The position numbers and the translations under genes are program-made. A DNA stretch of 64,000 nt from an uncultured bacterium. GTDB taxonomy: Bacteria > Verrucomicrobiota > Kiritimatiellia > PWTM01. Below are positions 37,726-45,088 of the stretch, in pieces. The stretch is from NCBI GenBank assembly GCA_963744655.1, contig CAVUUJ010000001.1:527835-591834 (forward strand), given 5' to 3'. The notes beneath the pieces were generated by a model that was not told the DNA's origin, ran no database searches, and saw nothing but the letters and a program-made list of their open reading frames with translations. Every line of letters begins with the position of its first letter. Position 1 is the stretch's first letter.

Positions 37726-38580
37726 CTATCGGACCAGCTCCCACGTCAGCGGCGCGGGGAAGACGTTCCCCGCGTACGCCACGTTGAGCGAAAGCGGTTC
37801 CTTGTGCGTGGTGTTCAGCAGGCCGCCCGACGGGTCCACGTCCGCGGCGGTCACCCGGACCCGGTAGTGGTGGAAACAGCGGACGATCGGGAAGTAGGTC
37901 TCGCCGTAGGGCTGGAAGCCGTTCCACCCGTCCCCGCCGTACATCTGCCGGTACTTCGCCTCGCCCCACGACGTGTGCGACGGGTCGCCGTCGCGGTCGA
38001 TCTCCGCCCCGGTCACGCCGCCCAGGTACCCCTGCCAGCCCCAACTGCACGCCGCGGCGGAGAACTCGTACATGTAGCTGCACCGCGTGACCTGGGCGTT
38101 GCGCCGCGCCCCGGCGGCCAGCGACGCGGCCGAAGTGTTCGATTCCGTGTCGTCGGTCTCGGCGAACTGGTCCCGGATCACGTCCTCCGGGCCGGTGTCG
38201 GGGCGGGACCCGTCCGCGCCCCCCGAGCGGTCCGAACGGCAGACGTAGATCGACTTCGACGCGTGGTAGTCGCCGTAGAGGCTCGAGAGCCAGGGGGGCA
38301 CGTCCAGCCGGTAGTCGTCCGCGCCGAACTGGCGCATGTTCTGGCGGTCGGTGCGGTAGGTCATGATCATGACGGCGAACTGGCGCAGGTTGCTCACGCA
38401 GTCCGCCTGGCGGCCCCGCTCGAGCGCCGTGCCGATCACCGGGATGACTACCGCGATCAGGATGCCTATGATCGCGATGACCACGAGCAGTTCCACGAGG
38501 GTGAACCCTTGGGCCGGACCCGCGTCCGGCGATCGGGATTGCCGCGCCGGCCGGGAACACGGTATGAGGTGCGTGGTCAT
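37726..38580 (-). CDS. Prepilin-type N-terminal cleavage/methylation protein, DUF1559-like pseudopilin
   Basis: Class III signal ..[22 protein letters not shown], then [13 protein letters not shown] and C-terminal [16 protein letters not shown] (degenerate H-X9-DG-like motif). ATG 38580 is preferred over the track start at 38628, which would add 16 aa to the leader. Confidence 0.8.
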   Translation of the reverse strand: MTTHLIPCSRPARQSRSPDAGPAQGFTLVELLVVIAIIGILIAVVIPVIGTALERGRQADCVSNLRQFAVMIMTYRTDRQNMRQFGADDYRLDVPPWLSSLYGDYHASKSIYVCRSDRSGGADGSRPDTGPEDVIRDQFAETDDTESNTSAASLAAGARRNAQVTRCSYMYEFSAAACSWGWQGYLGGVTGAEIDRDGDPSHTSWGEAKYRQMYGGDGWNGFQPYGETYFPIVRCFHHYRVRVTAADVDPSGGLLNTTHKEPLSLNVAYAGNVFPAPLTWELVR

Positions 38581-38665
38581 GGTCTTCTTCAACCGATGCG
38601 AGTCCGCCCCGGAGACCGCGGACGGCACACGGGGTCAAAGGTAGACAGGTCGACCAGTTCGCGCA

Positions 38666-40822
38666 ATGAGGATGTTTTCACGCATCGCCGCTCTCCTGCT
38701 GGCCGCCGTCCGCCCGGCCGCCGCGCAGCTGCCCCCCCCGCCCGCCTGGGAGGTGCCGGGCGCCGCGCGCCGCGGCGTCTTCCGCGCCGGGGCCCTGCCG
38801 GGGCGTTGCGTACTGGTCGACCTCCCGGCGGAACCGGACGACACGGCGTTCGCGGCGCGGGCGGACGGCGGGTACGTGCCGGCGCAACGGGTCCACCACG
38901 CGGACGGCCGCGCCGCGGTCCTCGTGCAGCGCCGCGACGGCGCGGACGAGTACGCCGTGTACTTCGGCGGCGCGCCGCCCGAGCCGGGGCCGCCGCCGCG
39001 GGACCCCGCGCCCCTCGCCGTGACGTGGCGCGCCAACCGGAGCCGGGCGGTCCCGAACACGTGGGCCCGCCTCGCCTTCATGCTCGATCGCGCGGGTTCG
39101 CCCGTCGCCGAAACCCTCCACGGGGATTTCGGGACCCTCCGCCCGTCCGGGTCGGACCGCCGGCGCCGCGGCCGCGGCGGCGCCTGGCTGCTCCACGCGC
39201 GTACGGTCCTGATGTGCCCCGACGACGGGCTGTACCGCTTCGCCGTCGATGCCGTGAACGCGGCCTTCGTCGTGCTGGACGGGCAGGACGTGGTGGCCGC
39301 GTGGCCCGGCGTGCACCCGGCCGGGTCGTGGCGGCACGGCACCCCCCTCTTCCTCCGGGCGGGCCCCCACCGCATGGAGGTCTTTCACGCCGCGCCTTCG
39401 AACCCGCAGGTCCGGGTGGGATGGACGCCGCCCGGCGCGTCCGAGACCGTCCCCCTCCCCGCCTCGCAGCTGCTGTGCGCGGACCGCGCCGGCGACGTGC
39501 GCGTGGAGCGGCGGGACCGCACCCTGCACCCGGACTTCGACGGGGAGCTGGGGACGGCCTACGCGTTCCGCGGCGTGGACGGGCTCTTCGTCCCCCTGCG
39601 CCTGCGGCAGCGCGCGGCGAACTGGATGACCGACGACATGTCCTTCTCCTGGCGCGTGGACGGGACGTCGGCGCGCGGGCCCGCCCCGGAGGTGTACCTG
39701 CACCGAGCCGCGCGCGTGGCCGTCGAACTCGGCGTGCGCGACGCGCTGGGCTTCGCGGCCTCGGTCTCGCGCACGGTCGACGCCCGGCGGGTGCCGGTCA
39801 AGCACTTCGGCCTCGCCGCCGCGGTGGAGTCCCTCCCCGCCGTCTGCTTCCCCGCGGACCGCGTCGATCCGTTCCTGGAGGTGCGCACCGACGCGCCCCC
39901 CGGAACGGACTTCGAGCTGTTCTGGACCCGCATCCGGGCCGACGGCCGCGAAGCACCCGCCTGGCGCCCGTTCGCCGCGGGAGGCGCGCCCGTGCGCGTC
40001 CCGCTCGGGCCCGGCGAGGCGGGCAGCCTGCACGGCCTGCGGTGGGAGCTGCGGCATCTCCGCAGGACGGTCCTCGCGGGCCGGGTCGAGTTCACCGCGC
40101 CCCCGTTCCGCGTCCTGCCCGTCGAAGCCCGGGGGCAGGGGCTCTACGACGGGGCGGGGAACCGGCTGGTGCTCGTCCCCCTCCGTGAGCGGGGCCCGGC
40201 CGCGCCCGCTCCCCTGCCCGCCGAGGTGGTGTTCGGCCACATCGCCTGCTACGACGATTTCCTCGCCCGCCCCGACCCGCGGGGCCCCGCCGCCGGCGAG
40301 ACGTACGACCGCGTGCTGGCCCGCATCCTCGACGGGCCGGACCGGCCGCTGGTGACGCGGGCCGCACCGCCCTCCGGCGACGCCTTCCGGGGCGCGGCCG
40401 CACCGCTCCTCGCCCTCGCCCACGCGGCGGAGCGGGTCGGCGCCCCCCGAGACGTAACGGTCCTGAGCGTGGCCCGCGGCGCCTTGCTCGCGCGCATGCA
40501 CCCGGCCGAGTTCGAGCGGCACGCCGGCGCCCTGGCCGACCTGCTGGGCGTTTCGACGGGCGGGGCGGTGCTCTGGGTCACCCCGCCGCCCTTTCCCGGC
40601 CTCGGCCCCCGGGTCCGCGACTTCGCCCTCGCCATCCGCCGCGCCGCCGACGCGCGCGGGCAGCCCGTCGCCGACCTCTTCAGCGCCTTCTCGGGGCTGG
40701 CCCCGGGGGCGCCGCCCCCCCTCGACGCCGGCGCGGGCACGCTCACCCCCGCGGGCCACGAACTCGCCGCCCAACTCATCGCCCGCGCCCTGCTCGCAGC
40801 CACCCGGGAGCCGGCGCCGTGA
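38666..40822 (+). CDS. Secreted protein with PA14/GLEYA-like beta-sandwich and a degenerate SGNH-like C-terminus
   Basis: 718 aa. Signal peptide MRMFSRIAALLLAAVRPAAAQ. PA14-like pattern DDGLYRFAVDAVNAAFVVLDGQDVV...LFLRAGPHRMEVFHAA..VRVGWTPPG. The C-terminal ...LTPAGHELAAQLIARAL resembles the last SGNH block, but I could not find a GDS block. Confidence 0.7.
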   Translation: MRMFSRIAALLLAAVRPAAAQLPPPPAWEVPGAARRGVFRAGALPGRCVLVDLPAEPDDTAFAARADGGYVPAQRVHHADGRAAVLVQRRDGADEYAVYFGGAPPEPGPPPRDPAPLAVTWRANRSRAVPNTWARLAFMLDRAGSPVAETLHGDFGTLRPSGSDRRRRGRGGAWLLHARTVLMCPDDGLYRFAVDAVNAAFVVLDGQDVVAAWPGVHPAGSWRHGTPLFLRAGPHRMEVFHAAPSNPQVRVGWTPPGASETVPLPASQLLCADRAGDVRVERRDRTLHPDFDGELGTAYAFRGVDGLFVPLRLRQRAANWMTDDMSFSWRVDGTSARGPAPEVYLHRAARVAVELGVRDALGFAASVSRTVDARRVPVKHFGLAAAVESLPAVCFPADRVDPFLEVRTDAPPGTDFELFWTRIRADGREAPAWRPFAAGGAPVRVPLGPGEAGSLHGLRWELRHLRRTVLAGRVEFTAPPFRVLPVEARGQGLYDGAGNRLVLVPLRERGPAAPAPLPAEVVFGHIACYDDFLARPDPRGPAAGETYDRVLARILDGPDRPLVTRAAPPSGDAFRGAAAPLLALAHAAERVGAPRDVTVLSVARGALLARMHPAEFERHAGALADLLGVSTGGAVLWVTPPPFPGLGPRVRDFALAIRRAADARGQPVADLFSAFSGLAPGAPPPLDAGAGTLTPAGHELAAQLIARALLAATREPAP

Positions 40823-42222
40823 CGACCGACCCTCTCGCCCTCGCCCACCTGCGGCCGGAGTGGAGCGCGTGCCGTCCGCTCACCCGCGCGCAGAACGTGA
40901 TCCTCGCCGCCGCCTCGCTCGCGCTCCTTGCTGCGTGCATCGCCTGGCCCTGGGGCACCGCCCGCGCCTTCGTCCTCGCCGCCACGCTGTTCTACACCGT
41001 CTTCTCGCTCTACAAGCTCGCGCTGGTCCGGCTCTCCGTCGTCCAGGAGTCCGAGGTGCGGATCACCGACGCGGAGGTCGCGGCCCTGCGCGACGAAACG
41101 CTTCCCGCCTACTCGGTCCTCGTGCCCCTGTACCACGAGCCGGAGTCGGTGGGGCAGCTCGTCGACGCGCTCCGCGCGCTCGACTACCCGCCCGGCAAGC
41201 TCGACGTGCAGCTCCTGCTCGAGGAGGACGACCGCGCCACGCGGGACGCCGCCGCGGCCCTCGAGCTGCCGCCCGGCTTCCGGGTCACCCTCGTGCCGCC
41301 CTCCTTCCCGCGCACCAAGCCGAAGGCGTGCAATATCGGGCTGGAGGCCGCGCGCGGCCGGTTCCTCGTGATCTACGACGCCGAGGACCGCCCCGAGCCC
41401 GACCAGCTCAAGAAGGCCGTCGCCGCGTTCCGGCAGGTCGGCGAGGACGTCGTCTGCCTCCAGTCGCGCCTCAACTTCTACAACCCCCGGCAGAACCTGC
41501 TCACCCGCTGGTTCACCGCCGAGTACTCCGCGTGGTTCGACCTCTGCCTGCCCGGCCTCTCGGGGCTGGGCGCCGTCATCCCGCTCGGCGGGACCTCGAA
41601 CCACTTCGTCACCGCCGCCCTCCGCCGGATGCACGGATGGGACGCGTACAACGTGACCGAGGACTGCGACCTGGGCGTGCGCATCTACCGCACCGGGGGA
41701 CGCTCGCGCATGCTCAACACGACGACGTGGGAGGAGGCCTGCAGCAGCCTGCCGTTCTGGATCCGCCAGCGCACGCGCTGGCTGAAGGGCTACATCCAGA
41801 CCTACCTCGTGCACATGCGCCGCCCCCGCCGCCTGCTCCGCGACCTCGGCTGGGCCAACTTCCTCCAGTTCCACGCCCTGGTCGGCGGCGTGGTCTTCTC
41901 GCTGCTCATCAACCCCCTGTTCTGGATACTGGCGCTGCTGTGGGGCTTCTTCCGGCTCACCGCGCTGACCGCCCTGTTCCCCGGCATGGTCTTCGTGCTG
42001 GGGACGCTGTGCCTTTTCGCGGGCAACTTCGTGTTCGTCTACGTCGGCGCCGTCGCCTGCTACCGCCGCGGCTACTACGACCTGGTCAAGTACGCGGTGC
42101 TGGCCCCCGCCTACTGGGTCCTGATGAGCGCCGCCGCGTGGCGCGCCTTCATCCAGTTCTTCTCGAAGCCGCTCCACTGGGAGAAAACGCGCCATGGCCT
42201 CTTCCGGCCGCCCGCCGCATAG
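40819..42222 (+). CDS. Membrane-embedded processive family-2 glycosyltransferase (BcsA/chitin-synthase-like)
   Basis: GTG start in a GTGA overlap. Two N-terminal and about four C-terminal TM helices. Motifs VLVPLYHEPESV, IYDAEDRPEPDQL (DxD), VTEDCDLGVR (TED) and IRQRTRWLKG (QxxRW). Confidence 0.88.
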   Translation: MTTDPLALAHLRPEWSACRPLTRAQNVILAAASLALLAACIAWPWGTARAFVLAATLFYTVFSLYKLALVRLSVVQESEVRITDAEVAALRDETLPAYSVLVPLYHEPESVGQLVDALRALDYPPGKLDVQLLLEEDDRATRDAAAALELPPGFRVTLVPPSFPRTKPKACNIGLEAARGRFLVIYDAEDRPEPDQLKKAVAAFRQVGEDVVCLQSRLNFYNPRQNLLTRWFTAEYSAWFDLCLPGLSGLGAVIPLGGTSNHFVTAALRRMHGWDAYNVTEDCDLGVRIYRTGGRSRMLNTTTWEEACSSLPFWIRQRTRWLKGYIQTYLVHMRRPRRLLRDLGWANFLQFHALVGGVVFSLLINPLFWILALLWGFFRLTALTALFPGMVFVLGTLCLFAGNFVFVYVGAVACYRRGYYDLVKYAVLAPAYWVLMSAAAWRAFIQFFSKPLHWEKTRHGLFRPPAA

Positions 42223-42232
42223 CCTGCGCCGC

Positions 42233-43681
42233 ATGGCCCGCGCGGCCGCGGTCGTGGTGCTCCTCGCCACCCTGCTGCTCGGGGCGGGCCTGGCGGGTTC
42301 GCACGCGGTGGCCCGCGAGGCGGCGGTCTACGAGGCCGTCTGCCACAGCGTGCTGGCGAACACCACCACGGGGCGGCAGGCGCTCGTCAGCTCGGCGTGG
42401 TGGCCGCCGATACCCGCCCTGGTCCGCATGCCGTTCGCCGCGGCGATGCCCTCGATCGAGGGCTGGCCGGTTCCTTCGCTCGTGGTGAGCGCGCTGGCCG
42501 GCGCCGGGGCGCTGTTCCTGCTGCAGCACATGCTGGCGGCCTGGGGCGCCGGCGGGTGGCGGTTCCCCCTCGCCCTCGCGCTCGCCGCCAACCCGTTCTT
42601 CCTCGAGGCCTGCTTCAGCGGATCGAACGCCACGTTCGTCCTCTGCCTGGTCCTCACGGTGGTCTACGGTCTCGGGTGCTGGCTCTCCGGACGGCAGGTC
42701 GGCTCCCTGGTCTACTTCGCCTTCGCCGCCGCCCTGCTGGCGGCGAGCAGCGCGGCGCTGGCGCCGTGGCTCGCCGTGGCCCTCGTCTTCGCCGCGGCGG
42801 ACCCGTTCGCGGGCGGCCTCCCGCGCGAGCGCCGCGGGGCGGTCCTGCTGCTTGCCCTGCTGCCCGTCGCCAGCATGGCGGCCCTGTGGTTCCTGATGAA
42901 CTGGCTCATCATGGGCGACCCGCTGTACTTCGTCCGGTCGCTCGCCGCCCCGCCCCCCGCGCCCGCCGCCGCGCCGGCCGTGCGCTTCACCCCGCTGCAC
43001 GCCGTCTCGGCGGCAAGCTCCGGGCTGGTCCTCGCCGCCGGGCTGCTGAGACGCCACCGCGCTTCCATCGCCCTGGGGCTCCTCGGCGTCGCGCCCCTCG
43101 CCGTGGCGGCCCGGCTCCGCGCCCACGGCTGGCTGTGGAGCCCCACGCCCGTGCTGTTCGTCCTGTTCCCGCTCGCGCTCGCCGCCGCCGGCTACCAGCT
43201 GGCCCGGCCCCGCACCCCCGCCCTCGTGCGCGGCCTCGCGGTCCTCGCGGCGGCGACCGCCACGCTGTGGTCCTACCCCGCGTTCGAGACCCTCGGCGCC
43301 TCGGCGGGCGACACGGCCGACTTCGCCGCCGCCCGGGCGGAGCGCAACGCGTGGCTGCCGCAGATCGAGAGCCATGTCCTGGCCCATTCGCCCTACGCGC
43401 GGGTCTTCGTGTGCGGGTACGACGGCTTCCTCCTGCTCGGCCCCGACACGGGGCCCCGCCTCCCCTTCGTGCATGCCCTTGACTTCAATTTCTACAGCGC
43501 GGAGGATGCGTATGCCGGATGCCCGCTGTTCCTCCTCGTGCACCGCCCCGAGGGGCGAAGCGCGACGGACAGCGTGCACTGGCAGAACGACAGGATCTAC
43601 GAGTTGGGCAGCCGGAACACGCTCTACAACAGCGACTGGGGCGACTGGCGGCTGTTCGAGTTTGTGCAGGCCCCGCGATGA
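42233..43681 (+). CDS. Polytopic membrane protein, GT-C-like (ArnT/PMT-type topology), function unknown
   Basis: Track ORF 42194..43681. ATG 42233 (MARAAAVVVLL) avoids overlap with the GT2 gene. Ten or more hydrophobic helices, then a soluble C-terminal domain of about 110 aa. The GT-C call rests on topology only. Confidence 0.6.
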   Translation: MARAAAVVVLLATLLLGAGLAGSHAVAREAAVYEAVCHSVLANTTTGRQALVSSAWWPPIPALVRMPFAAAMPSIEGWPVPSLVVSALAGAGALFLLQHMLAAWGAGGWRFPLALALAANPFFLEACFSGSNATFVLCLVLTVVYGLGCWLSGRQVGSLVYFAFAAALLAASSAALAPWLAVALVFAAADPFAGGLPRERRGAVLLLALLPVASMAALWFLMNWLIMGDPLYFVRSLAAPPPAPAAAPAVRFTPLHAVSAASSGLVLAAGLLRRHRASIALGLLGVAPLAVAARLRAHGWLWSPTPVLFVLFPLALAAAGYQLARPRTPALVRGLAVLAAATATLWSYPAFETLGASAGDTADFAAARAERNAWLPQIESHVLAHSPYARVFVCGYDGFLLLGPDTGPRLPFVHALDFNFYSAEDAYAGCPLFLLVHRPEGRSATDSVHWQNDRIYELGSRNTLYNSDWGDWRLFEFVQAPR

Positions 43682-43691
43682 CGCATACGCC

Positions 43692-44402
43692 GTGACGACT
43701 TCCCGCATCCGGATCCTCGCCCTCTGCGGGCTCGCCCTCGTCGCTGCCGCGCTCCGCTACGGCTGGGAGCGGGCCGTGGAGGTCGGTGCGGCCGAGGCCC
43801 GCCTCTCCGTATCCCGCCTTCACAACGAGGAGCTCCAGCGAACGCTCGCCGAGGTGCGGGGCCACCGCGACCGCCTCCAGCGCGAGAACCTCGTGCTGGC
43901 CGGACGCGTGTCGGCCGCCGAATCCCGCTACACGGAGGAGCGCCGGACACACGAACCGCTCCGCCGCACGATCGAAGCGCTCCAGGCCGACCGGGTCGCC
44001 GCCGAAGGGCGACGTCTCGCCATGGAGGCGGAGCGAACGGCCTGGAAACAGGGCGAGACGGCCTGGACGCGCGAGCGCGCGCGGCTCGAGGCCGCCGTCA
44101 AGGAACGCGACACCCGGCTCGCCGACGCCGGGGAGCGGCTGCGCGAAGCCGCCGAAGCCGCCGCCGCGCTGCGCGCGGACGCCGGGGCGGCCCGCACCGG
44201 GGAGGCGGAGGCGCGGGCGCGCGCCGGGCGCCTCGACGCCCGCATCGCCGAACTCGAGCAGCGGCTTTCGGGGCAGACCGGGCAGACCGGGCGTATCGCG
44301 GAACTGGCACGGCGACTCCGCGAGACCGAGGCCCGCCTCGAGGCGCTCCGGAAGAAGCAGGCGGCCGGGGACGGTCCGTCCGCCCCGCCGCCCGCGCCCT
44401 GA
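43692..44402 (+). CDS. Membrane-anchored coiled-coil protein
   Basis: In-frame GTG 43692 (VTTSRIRILALCGLALVAAAL), 10 nt after the previous stop. The remaining 200 aa or so are heptad-like Arg/Glu/Ala/Leu coiled coil (LHNEELQRTLAEVRGHRDRLQRENLVL...). Confidence 0.6.
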   Translation: MTTSRIRILALCGLALVAAALRYGWERAVEVGAAEARLSVSRLHNEELQRTLAEVRGHRDRLQRENLVLAGRVSAAESRYTEERRTHEPLRRTIEALQADRVAAEGRRLAMEAERTAWKQGETAWTRERARLEAAVKERDTRLADAGERLREAAEAAAALRADAGAARTGEAEARARAGRLDARIAELEQRLSGQTGQTGRIAELARRLRETEARLEALRKKQAAGDGPSAPPPAP

Positions 44403-44579
44403 AGCCGGGGCTGCCGGGCGACTTCACGGCGGCCGGCAGGGTGCACCCGGGGGGACCCTTCCGGGCGGAGGGCGGTCTGCTCCGCGTCCCGGTCCTGCGG
44501 AAACACGATGTCCGCGCGCGGGTCAACGGGAAGGATCCGCCGGCCGTCCCGGCTGCCCGGGCCGCGCGGCGCGCCGGCG

Positions 44580-45023
44580 TCAGTCCGGGCGCGCGGCGCC
44601 TGCCTGCAACAGGTCGCGCTGGTCCGCCAGGGCCGACAGGAATTCCAGGGCTTCCCGCCGGTTCATCGCGAAGGGATCGAACGCCTGGGCGCCGCTGAAC
44701 CGGCCCAGCTGCGGCCCGCTCAGCTGCTTTGCGCGCACGTAGGCCATGGACCAGTCGCCGAACTTGCGGTCACTGATTTCCGAGAATTCCAGCAGGGCGA
44801 GGTCCTTGTGCCGCGAATCGGCGGCGATTCGGTGGTAGATGCGGTTCACCTCGTCGCTCGGCCCCTCCAGGCATTGCAGGAAGAGGCCCGGCGCGTAGCA
44901 CAGGACCCCCGTCACCCCGGCCTTTGCGTTCTGTTCGCGGGAAACGCGGACGATCTCCTCCACGTCGTGCGGGCCCACGCCCTTGGCGAAGCGGCTGGCG
45001 TAAGTGAGTCGTACCAGGTTCAT
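44580..45023 (-). CDS. Short BLUF-domain blue-light FAD photoreceptor
   Basis: 147 aa: LVRLTYASRF...NAKAGVTGVLCYAPGLFLQCLEGPSDEVNRIYHRIAADSRH...FGDWSMAYV. The conserved Tyr, Gln and Trp/Met of the BLUF photocycle are present. Confidence 0.9.
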   Translation of the reverse strand: MNLVRLTYASRFAKGVGPHDVEEIVRVSREQNAKAGVTGVLCYAPGLFLQCLEGPSDEVNRIYHRIAADSRHKDLALLEFSEISDRKFGDWSMAYVRAKQLSGPQLGRFSGAQAFDPFAMNRREALEFLSALADQRDLLQAGAARPD

Positions 45024-45088
45024 GCGCCCGTCCTCCCTGCTGCGGCGGCCTCGCCGCGCCCCCTACCCTACGCCCGCGCGGTGCCGCG

